Assembly: GCA_049512935.1 (NCBI GenBank)
Contig: JBEKWR010000006.1
Coordinates: 1 to 64,000, forward strand
Direction: 5' to 3'
DNA from: Candidatus Bathyarchaeia archaeon
GTDB lineage: Archaea > Thermoproteota > Bathyarchaeia > Bathyarchaeales > Bathycorpusculaceae
Length of the DNA: 64,000 nt
The notes below the pieces were generated by a model. It did not search any database and was not told the origin of the DNA. It worked only from the letters and a program-made list of their open reading frames with translations. Made by a program: the position numbers and the translations under genes. This document shows, one piece after another, positions 50,303-59,112 of the stretch. Position 1 is the first letter of the stretch, and each line of letters starts with the position of its first letter.

Positions 50303-50475
50303 GAGCGGAATATGTCTATGTTGCCGAGTGAATACAGAAATCGCACTGCGAGAAAAATTATTCAGCAGCTGAAGGCATCAATCGGGGCGTCCCACGGCTA
50401 GGCGGTCATAGCATCGGACTTCAAATCCGGTGAGCCCGCAAGGTCTCGGAATCCGATTCCCCTTGGACGCCGCCA
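50303..50475 (+). repeat. Direct repeat copy 1 (upstream region + tRNA-Sec); partner 51341..51514
   Basis: Both begin GAGCGGAATATGT...CGAGTGAATACAGAAATCGCACT and end at the tRNA CCA. Confidence 0.9.
50386..50475 (+). tRNA. selC: tRNA-Sec(UCA), copy 1 (D- and T-stem mismatches; variant or pseudogene)
   Basis: 90 nt, anticodon TCA at 50421-23; 4 differences from copy 2. Confidence 0.8.
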
Positions 50476-50504
50476 CTATACCACTGCAAAATCTGGCAAG
50501 AAAT

Positions 50505-50942
50505 TCACTTGAAAGGATTTACGACGTTTAGAAAGTTATATTTCTTGAAGTCATCAACATTTTCTGTATAAATGCATTCCACTTTGTCATCTTTGGCTGT
50601 GACCGCCATGGCGCAGTCGAAAATCTTGCCTTTAGTCACTTTCATTTCCTTCGTTAACCTCAAAACGTCCATGACTGCATTCGATGCTGGATTGATCTTC
50701 TCGATTTCGCGGCATTCCCAAAAGTCGAGGCATACATTTACGGCTTCACTTAATTTCATTGGAGACTCCACTCTCTTGGGATTCGTGATTACCGCAAAAA
50801 ATTCATATATCACTTGTGCAGTCAAACATGCATCAAGTTTTCCAGTCATCGCATCCTCAATTACGGCGCTGGCGCGTTTCTGAAAAGGAGATGACTTGTT
50901 ATGGGCGTGAACAAGGATATTGGTGTCAAGTAATGTCTTCGT
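50505..50942 (-). CDS. VapC-like PIN toxin; full domain starts at an ACG codon (50942)
   Basis: Frame extends upstream of the track ORF to (M)KTLLDTNILVHA; ...EFFAVIT...IFDC.....IYTENVDDF. Confidence 0.8.
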   Translation of the reverse strand, partial: TKTLLDTNILVHAHNKSSPFQKRASAVIEDAMTGKLDACLTAQVIYEFFAVITNPKRVESPMKLSEAVNVCLDFWECREIEKINPASNAVMDVLRLTKEMKVTKGKIFDCAMAVTAKDDKVECIYTENVDDFKKYNFLNVVNPFK

Positions 50943-51168
50943 AGATTTCCTCTCGCGAAAGTTTCCCTTTTATTTTCCCTAAGTCAGGTGGATTCTTAAG
51001 TCTTTTAAGAATTCGGGCTGCTGCATCGCAGCTGCGTGCAATTTCCAATTTGGCTACCCCTTTCTCGACAACCTCGATGCGCAATACGTCGCCTTCAGCT
51101 AGTCCCAGCCGTTCTTGGACTTCGCGTGGGAGGTATACCTTATCTTTATAGAACGTGGTTTCAGTCAT
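50926..51168 (-). CDS. AbrB/VapB-like antitoxin
   Basis: KVYLPREVQERLGLAEGD; C-terminal LSREEIYED; overlaps the PIN gene. Confidence 0.85.
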   Translation of the reverse strand: MTETTFYKDKVYLPREVQERLGLAEGDVLRIEVVEKGVAKLEIARSCDAAARILKRLKNPPDLGKIKGKLSREEIYEDIT

Positions 51169-51424
51169 GCACTCATCATTTACCCAATAAGTTGGGCAAA
51201 ATATAAGCGTTTACCCAAAGACTCACCCAAACCCTTGTGAAAACGAGTAGCAAGAAGCTTGAAAGATTCGATTGAAAGATAAAGCCCGAAGGATAATTAA
51301 TGAACGCTGCAGAAGCTTAAAATGGGTCTACAGCGGTCCAGAGCGGAATATGTTTATTTTGGCGAGTGAATACAGAAATCGCACTTCGAGACAAATTGCT
51401 TCATAGCTGAAAGCACCAGTTGAG

Positions 51425-51514
51425 GGCGTCCCACGGCTAGGTGGTCCTAGCATCGGACTTCAAATCCGGTGAGCCCGCAAGGTCTCGGGGTCCGATTCCC
51501 CTTGGACGCCGCCA
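51425..51514 (+). tRNA. selC: tRNA-Sec(UCA), copy 2 (intact 9/4 archaeal-eukaryotic fold)
   Basis: 90 nt. Acceptor GGCGTCCCA/TTGGACGCC (9 bp, one C-U); D-stem GCTAGG-TGGT-CCTAGC; anticodon arm ATCGGA-CTTCAAA-TCCGGT; long variable arm with GCAA loop; T-arm GGGG-TCCGATT-CCCC; G73 and CCA. Confidence 0.95.
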
Positions 51515-51574
51515 TCGCTCACAGTTTCAAAACAGCTCAGAATGAGTTCTCAATAACCAGCATGATGGGCTCGG

Positions 51575-52006
51575 TTGTCACAAGACATAAAAACAATTGA
51601 GGATACCTTACTGGGTATGAAGAGCCGTTCGCTAAAGGGCGAATCCCCGTCTCAGCTGATAGATGCGAGAATCAAGGAGCTTGGCGACTGGCGAGGCGAG
51701 ATGCTCTTACACCTCCGTGCTCTCATCAAGCAAGCCGATCCCGGAATCGTTGAAGAATGGAAGTGGGGGATTCCTGTGTGGTCTCACAATGGATTGGTCT
51801 GCACAGGCGAGACGTACAAGAGCGTCGTGAAGATGACTTTCTCCAAGGGTGCCTCGTTGAAAGACCCCTCGCACCTCTTCAATTCGAGCCTCGAAGGTAA
51901 TACAAGGCGCGCCATTGACTTCCATGAGGGTGACGAGGTTAACGAGAAGGCTCTGATTGCTCTTGTTCGTGCAGCCGTGGCTGCGAATGCCTCGACCCGT
52001 GTCTAG
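51575..52006 (+). CDS. DUF1801 (YdhG-like) protein
   Basis: DWRGE.L..LR.LI..ADP.I.EEWKWG.PVW...F.KGA.L.DP..LFN.SLEG. Confidence 0.88.
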   Translation: MSQDIKTIEDTLLGMKSRSLKGESPSQLIDARIKELGDWRGEMLLHLRALIKQADPGIVEEWKWGIPVWSHNGLVCTGETYKSVVKMTFSKGASLKDPSHLFNSSLEGNTRRAIDFHEGDEVNEKALIALVRAAVAANASTRV

Positions 52007-52064
52007 TGTGCCAAACTTCGATAGCTCCCTCTCCTTGCTGAACGGAATGGTCCAGAGGAAGTGA

Positions 52065-53396
52065 TCACGTCACTGTTTTCAAAACGGTGTCTAACCTCTC
52101 TGCTGCTGTGGTGATTTCGTTTTTTTGTATTCCTATGCTGGCGTCGAAGTTGATGTAGGATGAGACGTACTGTGGGCAGCACACTCCGAAATCGTTTTTT
52201 TCCAGCGCTCTTGCGCCGTTGACCCTTGCCGCGTACAAGGCTTTGCCTATTTTCTTGGCGTCTCTTCCATCTAGCGTCATAGCCACGGATATTGGATTGT
52301 AAACATTCAGTATTCGCTGTCCGTGCCTCTCCGCCACCGCCTTGAGGGATGATTCAAGGAACCGCCTGTTTTCTTCCTGCTGGGTTCTCAGCTTCTCGTA
52401 CCCGTCTAATCCTATCGACAGTACGGCTGCTAGGAACTGCGCTATGGGAGCGGCTGTTGCCCTTCCCGCGTAGATTTCAGACACGGCGTCTAGGAATTCT
52501 TCGTTGGGCGCGGCGACTATTGCTCCTCCGACTGGGGTTAGGAAATTCTTGTCTGTGCTCTGGATTATGGCGTCCACGCGTCCTGCGTCGATTGCGCCTC
52601 TTACGAGTTTCATGATTTCGCGGCTCTGCACTCCGAAGGCGTTGTTTATGATATGCGGCACTTTCTTCTCCTGTGCGATCTTTGCGATTTCTTTGATTTT
52701 ATCTGGTTCTCTGGGTGAAAAGAAAGTGGTTGTTGACAGAATCGCGGCGGTATTTTCGTTAACTGCTTTTTCTATCTCTTCTGGGGGAACGTTCACTGCG
52801 TCTCCGCAGACTTCTCCTGCCACTATTCTTTCTTGAAGACCTGCAAGATGAATCGCCTTCAGTGGAGTTTTAAGGTCAATCTGTGGGTAAACAACCTCTT
52901 TTCCCCCAGTTTGGTTTCTTGCGGCGCACAAGGCAAGAGCAAGCGTCATTCCTGTTGCCACAGGAAAAACCACCGCCTTCTTGATGTTTGGAACCCCGAA
53001 CCTTTTCATGGCGTCAGTTGCCAATTTGTTAGCGAAATAATACATGAGAGACCCACCTGCCGCCTTAGGCTGGGCTTCGGTCAGGTCACCTGACCTTCCT
53101 ACCCCATGATGAAATCCAAATGCCAGCTTTGAAACCACTGGAGAAGCAACCCTGCCCTCGCGTTCGCCTAAGAAAACTGCTTTGCTGTCCTTGTCCGAAT
53201 CCATTGCAGACAGCAGATTCAGCAGCGTTTCGATTTGGCTGTCTTTCCAGCCTTCTTTTGGTATTCTTCTTTGCTCGAAAAGTAGTTTTATCGACTGGGA
53301 CTCTGTGCCCAGCACTGTCAAGCCCCTTTCAAGTATGCTCTTTGGGATTGTGTCCTTCAACTTATCAAACGGCAACATAAAACATACCTTTAGCAC
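52065..53396 (-). CDS. spcS: O-phosphoseryl-tRNA(Sec) selenium transferase (SepSecS)
   Basis: GEREGRV, HGVGRSGDL..AQPKAAG, PVATGM, HIINNAFG, IQSTDKNFLTPVGG (PLP Lys), YAGRA. Confidence 0.95.
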   Translation of the reverse strand: MLKVCFMLPFDKLKDTIPKSILERGLTVLGTESQSIKLLFEQRRIPKEGWKDSQIETLLNLLSAMDSDKDSKAVFLGEREGRVASPVVSKLAFGFHHGVGRSGDLTEAQPKAAGGSLMYYFANKLATDAMKRFGVPNIKKAVVFPVATGMTLALALCAARNQTGGKEVVYPQIDLKTPLKAIHLAGLQERIVAGEVCGDAVNVPPEEIEKAVNENTAAILSTTTFFSPREPDKIKEIAKIAQEKKVPHIINNAFGVQSREIMKLVRGAIDAGRVDAIIQSTDKNFLTPVGGAIVAAPNEEFLDAVSEIYAGRATAAPIAQFLAAVLSIGLDGYEKLRTQQEENRRFLESSLKAVAERHGQRILNVYNPISVAMTLDGRDAKKIGKALYAARVNGARALEKNDFGVCCPQYVSSYINFDASIGIQKNEITTAAERLDTVLKTVT

Positions 53397-53528
53397 TGTC
53401 GGGCTCCCGATTTGTCTTTCCCTGTATATAAATTGTTAGTTTTGGCATCGTGGAGTCTGACGCGACTTGACTACATTTGCTGGCATTTAGGGGATGCAAC
53501 CACTTGATAAGCCTTAAATAGCGTTCTC

Positions 53529-53771
53529 TTGCACAATAAGTATGCAGTGATGGCAATGGGAAGAATAATAATCATAGATGACGATTCTCCCACAACCAGA
53601 GGAAAATTGATAACTTGCCCGATATGCAATGGTACAGGAAAATGCAAACCTTGTAAAGGTACAGGTACTGTTTGGGATAGAAGAGGTCCTTTTATAACAA
53701 ATAATTGCGAGGGCTGCGGTGGAACTGGTAACTGCCCAAGATGTCACGGTGACCGATACATTAGAGTCTAA
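53529..53771 (+). CDS. Small DnaJ-type CxxCxGxG zinc-finger protein
   Basis: CPICNGTG, CKPCKGTG, CEGCGGTG, CPRCHG. Confidence 0.75.
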   Translation: MHNKYAVMAMGRIIIIDDDSPTTRGKLITCPICNGTGKCKPCKGTGTVWDRRGPFITNNCEGCGGTGNCPRCHGDRYIRV

Positions 53772-53775
53772 CAGG

Positions 53776-53976
53776 AGTGTTGCATTGGCAAAACCTAAAG
53801 TCATCACTCTCGATCAAATGAAAAACGAATTGTCTAAAACTTATTGTGATGTCCATACGTGCAGTCGAATGGCAGAACTTATTTTTAAAACTGAGGATAA
53901 TGAGTTGTGGCTTTGTTTCTGCAAGAATCATGATCCAAGAAACTGGAAACCAGTCTATCCCACATCTAAGAAATAA
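53776..53976 (+). CDS. Small hypothetical Cys/His protein (start approximate)
   Basis: CDVHTC...FCKNH; follows the zinc-finger gene after AGGAG; track ORF 53719..53976. Confidence 0.45.
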   Translation, partial: SVALAKPKVITLDQMKNELSKTYCDVHTCSRMAELIFKTEDNELWLCFCKNHDPRNWKPVYPTSKK

Positions 53977-54127
53977 CTTGTAAATCTCAAAGCTAAACTT
54001 TGATTATCTAAATATTGTTACTTGTTCGTTAATTCAAACAGGCACACCTCCATTAAACGCCTTTGGCGAGCCCGATGCTCGACACAATTATAAACCCAAG
54101 ACGGCATAGACAACTGGGGAAAACAGG

Positions 54128-56323
54128 GTGTCGCAGAGTTATCCTTACCTGCTTATAATGTGCGGATTGCCTAGTTCAGGAAAGACCACCATCAGCAAAA
54201 ACGTCGCCTCCCTGCTTGAGGACAAACACGAGATATCGACCATGGTCATCAGCTCGGACGATTTTCGGGACATGCTCTCGTACAGCTCCAAAGGATTCAA
54301 GCCTGAGCGGGAAGCGTCGGTGAAGGCTCTTTATGAGAAGGCGATTGCAACTGGTTTGGAAGCTGGTTTTCTCGTCATCAGCGATGACTTAAACTACTAC
54401 AAATCGATGAGGAGCGAGCTTAGGCAGATTGCTAAACGGTCAGGCTCCGACTACGACATTGTCTTTGTTGATACACCCGTTGAGGTAGCCGTCAAATGGA
54501 ACCAAGAACGAGGGTCGCCGATACCGCAGTCCCTCATTGAGGAAATCAATCAGAAACTTGACCCGCCCAAAGGCGACTACAAATGGGACACTCCCCTCGC
54601 CGTTGTCGACCCAAGCAAGCAAAGCTTAGAGGGAATCGCCAGTGCCATCGTTACTGCGGTTCTGAAGAGGCTGGAAAACCCGATTAGGTCCAAGCCCAAA
54701 AAAGTTGTGGAAGACGAGAAATCACTGAGGGCAAGAGGCATTGAGCGGGAAACCCGAAAAGCCATGATGGAGGTCATGACGCGGTACAAGAACCCGGACT
54801 TGGGCATTTCTCTTTCCGCCATCAGAAAAGAAGTGGTGCACAAGGCGCTGGCGGACGGCTTGAAGCCTGTAGATGCGGTCGAATTGTTCCTCAGGGAAGC
54901 CAATGCGGTCGCAAAAAGTTACGCCGTGACTGAAGGCAAGGGCCTCATTCCCGTTCATGTGGGTCTTTTCGGGCATGTTGACCACGGCAAGACAATGATT
55001 GCCCGGCAGCTAACTGAGAAACCTTCGACGGCTGCATTGGACAAGGCACCGGACTCCGCCCGCCGTGGAATGACGCTGGACATGGGCTTCTCCGCTTTCA
55101 CCTTAGGTCCGTACCTGGCTACTCTCGTCGACTTGCCGGGGCACTTCAGCTTGGTCAGGCATGCGGTGGCGGGCGCCAACATAATTGACGCGGCGGTGCT
55201 GGTTGTGTCCGCCGACCTCGGATTGCAGGTTCAGAGCGTGGAGCATTTCGCAATAATCAAAGACGTGGGAATAAAGAATCTTGTAGTTGCCCTCAACAAG
55301 GTTGATTTGGCGTCCAAAGAGAGAATTGATGAAGTCAAGACAAAAGTCAAGCTTCTCCTAAAGGGAACTCCATACGAGAACGCAAAGATTGTGGAGGTCT
55401 CAGCCTTAACTGGCAAGGGAATTGATGAACTCAAACGCGCCTTGCAAGATTCCATCAGTCCACCCATTCGCCAGTGGAATGGCCCGTTCAAGATGCCTAT
55501 CGACCACGCATTCACCATAGCCGGAGTAGGAACTGTCTTAACTGGCACGATTCACCGTGGGAAAGTTAAGGTGAAAGACACCGTTGAAATCAAGCCCATC
55601 GACAAAAAAGGTCAAGTGCGTTCGCTGCGGTCATTCGGCGAGGACAAAGAGGAAGCTATCGCTGGAGACAGGGTAGGCGTCGCCGTCAAAGACCTAAAAC
55701 CTGATGACGCTCACAGGGGTTACGTAGCCGTTTCTCCTGGCTCCATCAGTTCTACCCGCCGAGTGATAATCGAGTTGGAAGTGGACAAGTACTATCTGCG
55801 TCCGTTGACGCCGTACAGCGATGTAGATGTGTTTGTTGGGTCTTATGAAGTGCTGGGAAACGTTGTGCCCGGCGCCGTGGAAGACGGCAAGTTCGTTGTG
55901 AAGCCGTCGGTGAAGGCTCCTGAAAAATGCCTAGTTTACATAGAACTCAGACAACAAGTCGTGGCGGAAAGAGGAGACCACATGCTCTTGATGAACCCTG
56001 GACTCCAAGCCCGCGAATTCCGAATAATCGGCGGAGGAAGAATCACTGAGACAGACAGCAAACTGGAATTCTTCTCAAAAAAGACCAAACAGGGAACTGC
56101 AGGACAAAAAAGAGAAGCCGACGAGTACTCAGTGACGGGTCTCTTTGGCACCTCGGAAGCTGCCTCCAAATTCGTGGGAAAACAAGTTGTTACAGCAACG
56201 GGAGTTACAGGCGAAATCAGGGCTTCGCTGTCATTGGGCGAAGTTTCAGTCAAGTTCAAAGAACCCGTGCACGAAGGCGAAAAAGTATTTCTCTACGTCT
56301 ACAAGAAGTTAAAAATCAAATAG
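54128..56323 (+). CDS. selB: Fusion of L-seryl-tRNA(Sec) kinase (PSTK) and Sec-specific elongation factor SelB
   Basis: N-terminal ~270 aa: CGLPSSGKTT, SSDDFR, DDLNYYKSMR, WN.ERG, YKWDTP. C-terminal: GHVDHGKT, RGMTLDMGF, DLPGH, NKVD, PIDHAF, VRSL, FRIIG and a short archaeal-type domain IV. Confidence 0.92.
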   Translation: MSQSYPYLLIMCGLPSSGKTTISKNVASLLEDKHEISTMVISSDDFRDMLSYSSKGFKPEREASVKALYEKAIATGLEAGFLVISDDLNYYKSMRSELRQIAKRSGSDYDIVFVDTPVEVAVKWNQERGSPIPQSLIEEINQKLDPPKGDYKWDTPLAVVDPSKQSLEGIASAIVTAVLKRLENPIRSKPKKVVEDEKSLRARGIERETRKAMMEVMTRYKNPDLGISLSAIRKEVVHKALADGLKPVDAVELFLREANAVAKSYAVTEGKGLIPVHVGLFGHVDHGKTMIARQLTEKPSTAALDKAPDSARRGMTLDMGFSAFTLGPYLATLVDLPGHFSLVRHAVAGANIIDAAVLVVSADLGLQVQSVEHFAIIKDVGIKNLVVALNKVDLASKERIDEVKTKVKLLLKGTPYENAKIVEVSALTGKGIDELKRALQDSISPPIRQWNGPFKMPIDHAFTIAGVGTVLTGTIHRGKVKVKDTVEIKPIDKKGQVRSLRSFGEDKEEAIAGDRVGVAVKDLKPDDAHRGYVAVSPGSISSTRRVIIELEVDKYYLRPLTPYSDVDVFVGSYEVLGNVVPGAVEDGKFVVKPSVKAPEKCLVYIELRQQVVAERGDHMLLMNPGLQAREFRIIGGGRITETDSKLEFFSKKTKQGTAGQKREADEYSVTGLFGTSEAASKFVGKQVVTATGVTGEIRASLSLGEVSVKFKEPVHEGEKVFLYVYKKLKIK

Positions 56324-56549
56324 CCAGTTTCCTTATACGCCGAATCTCCTTCAGTCAGAAACAACATTTCCGCAGTTTAGCGCTCAAAGTATCGGTGATG
56401 TAAGCATGAGCCTGCATAAGATCGGCAGCATGGAGGTCAGACATCCAAGCGATTGAAACGGTATGACGTCTTAACGGTTTTTTCCATATCAATTAAAATA
56501 TAACTTACGAGCAAGGTTTTCCACAGTATTGATATAGCATTGTCGAAGG

Positions 56550-58694
56550 ATGAGGGAAGGAGACATGAACAAAATAACCAAACCAACCACTGTTATCTTA
56601 ACAGTCTCAATCATAATAGTATTATTGGTGTCCCTTGGAACACTAAACATCTCTCGAGCATTTCAAGCATCTGGTTTAAACGCGAACCTTACGCTTTACG
56701 CTTCTGCAGGCGACCAAAACTCCGGAAGTGACACCGCCCAGGTATATGTCACAGGCGGCACTGGGCCACACTTGACTTTCAACTGGTATGTTAACAGTGA
56801 ATATGTTCAAACGAACTATGGCGATTATGCTTCGGTCGGCGATTACGCGTACGGTTATTTTGATTTCGCGTTTTCCTTCTCGGATCTTAACCTCGGCTCA
56901 AACACCATTTCCTGTGAAGTCACGGACAGCGCTTCCAATGAGGTCACGGCGACTGCAGGTTTCTATTTATACCCTCCACTCTCAGTGACCGTTTCACCTA
57001 ACCCTGAAACTGTAGATTCGGGTCAATCTGCCACGTTTACCGCCGATGTATCAGGCGGTTCAGGGTCTTATTCGTACCAGTGGACTTCTCAAAGTGCCGC
57101 GCCAGTTGGTGGTACGACATCTTCAACGCTTACTTGCACCGCCCCAACTGTTGTGCAAACCACTCAATACGCTGTTTATGTAAAGGTGACCGACGCCCTT
57201 CCCGCCTGCGACGGACTCAGCCTCTGTGATTCTTCTCTCACGCCAAACCTCACAGTTAATCCTCTACCAACCGCCACTGTTTCTCCTGCCAGCGCCAATT
57301 TGGCTGTTGGATCAACTCAGCAATTCAGTGTTCTTTCAGCGAGCGGCGGCACAGGGTCGCTGAGTTATGAATGGTACGTCAACAACCATGACCATGGCAC
57401 CGGTTACGATACTGGTGATTCAGGCCCAATTTACTATTACACTGCCGCACCCGACGACGCTACCTTCACACCAAGCGTTTACGTCGAGGTTACTGACAGC
57501 CTCGGTGGAATTGGCGATTCCAACTATGCAAGCGTAAACGTGAACTCCGCTTCTTCTGTCAGTGTTACTGTTTCTCCAGATCCTTGCACTATGTATGTCG
57601 GAGGCACCCAGACTTTCACGGCTTCAGCCACAGGCGGCACGGGATCCTATACTTACGACTGGTATCTCAACGGCGCTGATACTGGACAAACTGGTTCAAC
57701 TTTCGATTATACTGCTCAAGCAGGAGACGTTAACACTCCACCCAGCATTTACGTAGTCGCATGGGACACCAATCTCAATGGTGGGACATCTAACACTCCC
57801 ACCATAACCGTAAATCCTTTCACCGCAATTGTTTCCCCAAGCGCTTGGACCATGGACGTTGGGCAAGTGCAAACATTCACGGCTTCTGTCTACGGCGGTA
57901 CCCCACCGTTCGATATCGAATGGTACGTCAGCAACAGTTTTTATGGTTCCGACGTCAATGTTCAATCAGGAGGAACGTCTTTTGACTACATTGCTCAATC
58001 CCAGGACACCAGCTATCCACCCAGTATTTATGCCATCGTTACTGACAGCAGTACCCCACAGTTACAGGCTACTTCTAACGTGGCGACAATCACAGTGAGC
58101 TTTGGTCCTGTTAACCAGGCGAGCACAGGAGCGAGCGGCACCGTGCAAGGCGGCTCTGTAACGATAGATGAGTCATCAACAACAGGTGTCTCCGCAACCA
58201 TCTCAACTCCCACAGGAACTCCTCTACCGGACGGCACACAGATTGATGTTAACTCAGCGTCTTACGGAAGCACCCCGCCAGCGGAGGTAACTACACCGCC
58301 GCCCATATCTATAACTGGCGGAGGAACGGCGATCTATTATGATGTTTCGGTTTCACAAGGCGGCGGCGCTCCTTTGGGGTCAAACGTTAATGTTCAAGTA
58401 AGCTTTACCGACCCAAGCATCACCAGCTCAAGCACCATAGCGTATTGGGATGCCTCTACTAGCAGTTGGATTCAAGTGACTCCCACAGTCTTCACAGCTC
58501 CCGACACAATATCCGGCAGCATCCCTGCATCCGCTTTAACAGGAACACCCATCGTAGTAGGCTCTCCACAACCTGTTTTCGTCGCACCCGAATACTCCAT
58601 CGGCGCCCTCCTCGCCGTAATCGCATGCTTCGCAGCCTTCATCGCAATTCGCAAACCACACGCCCCCGCCTTGCTAAACCGCAGCAAATACTAA
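56550..58694 (+). CDS. Cell-surface protein with tandem Ig/PKD-like repeats and a PEF-CTERM-like anchor
   Basis: Signal peptide; repeated V.VSP...G..QTFTA...GG.G.Y.Y.WY.N units; C-terminal VAPEY + TM + RK. Confidence 0.8.
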   Translation: MREGDMNKITKPTTVILTVSIIIVLLVSLGTLNISRAFQASGLNANLTLYASAGDQNSGSDTAQVYVTGGTGPHLTFNWYVNSEYVQTNYGDYASVGDYAYGYFDFAFSFSDLNLGSNTISCEVTDSASNEVTATAGFYLYPPLSVTVSPNPETVDSGQSATFTADVSGGSGSYSYQWTSQSAAPVGGTTSSTLTCTAPTVVQTTQYAVYVKVTDALPACDGLSLCDSSLTPNLTVNPLPTATVSPASANLAVGSTQQFSVLSASGGTGSLSYEWYVNNHDHGTGYDTGDSGPIYYYTAAPDDATFTPSVYVEVTDSLGGIGDSNYASVNVNSASSVSVTVSPDPCTMYVGGTQTFTASATGGTGSYTYDWYLNGADTGQTGSTFDYTAQAGDVNTPPSIYVVAWDTNLNGGTSNTPTITVNPFTAIVSPSAWTMDVGQVQTFTASVYGGTPPFDIEWYVSNSFYGSDVNVQSGGTSFDYIAQSQDTSYPPSIYAIVTDSSTPQLQATSNVATITVSFGPVNQASTGASGTVQGGSVTIDESSTTGVSATISTPTGTPLPDGTQIDVNSASYGSTPPAEVTTPPPISITGGGTAIYYDVSVSQGGGAPLGSNVNVQVSFTDPSITSSSTIAYWDASTSSWIQVTPTVFTAPDTISGSIPASALTGTPIVVGSPQPVFVAPEYSIGALLAVIACFAAFIAIRKPHAPALLNRSKY

Positions 58695-58778
58695 GCTGGC
58701 GCTCGTCACAAAACTCCAAGCAAGTCCTTGAAAACATGCTAAAACGCAATTAAAAACCCATTTTCTTTTTCCCCTGTT

Positions 58779-58982
58779 TTAGGACTTGCTTGTTTTCTTA
58801 AACCATGCTATGCCTATCACGATGACTGTTAGAGCTGCAGCGGCGGCGACTGGGTTGATGCCTGGCGCGGTAATGTAGGTTTCAGCGAGAAGCGCCGCTA
58901 CAGTTATGAGCGAAACCGCGATTACCGTGCCCACGGCGATGGTTTTGTTGCTCACCTTAACGTCAACCTGCCTGTTCTGCAC
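58779..58982 (-). CDS. Small 2-TM membrane protein
   Basis: Two hydrophobic helices and a basic tail. Confidence 0.55.
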   Translation of the reverse strand: MQNRQVDVKVSNKTIAVGTVIAVSLITVAALLAETYITAPGINPVAAAAALTVIVIGIAWFKKTSKS

Positions 58983-59112
58983 GGATAAAAAACAGGTTTT
59001 TGATTTAATTCTACGCTTTAGAACAGCATGTTCAGTTAGTAGGACACTTTTGCCCAGAAAGTTTCTTAGGCAAGAAAAATTTTGTTTATAAACGTTTAAA
59101 AGGGAAAAAGGT

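Noticed and set aside
50386-51514. tRNA-Trp or opal suppressor implying genome-wide UGA reassignment
   Set aside because: The fold is Sec-type (9/4, 6-bp D-stem, long variable arm, G73), and many ordinary genes here end in TGA.
54128-56323. EF-1alpha or aIF2-gamma annotation for the GTPase
   Set aside because: The SelB-type motifs (TLDMGF, IDHAF, extra C-terminal domain) and Sec gene context fit SelB better.
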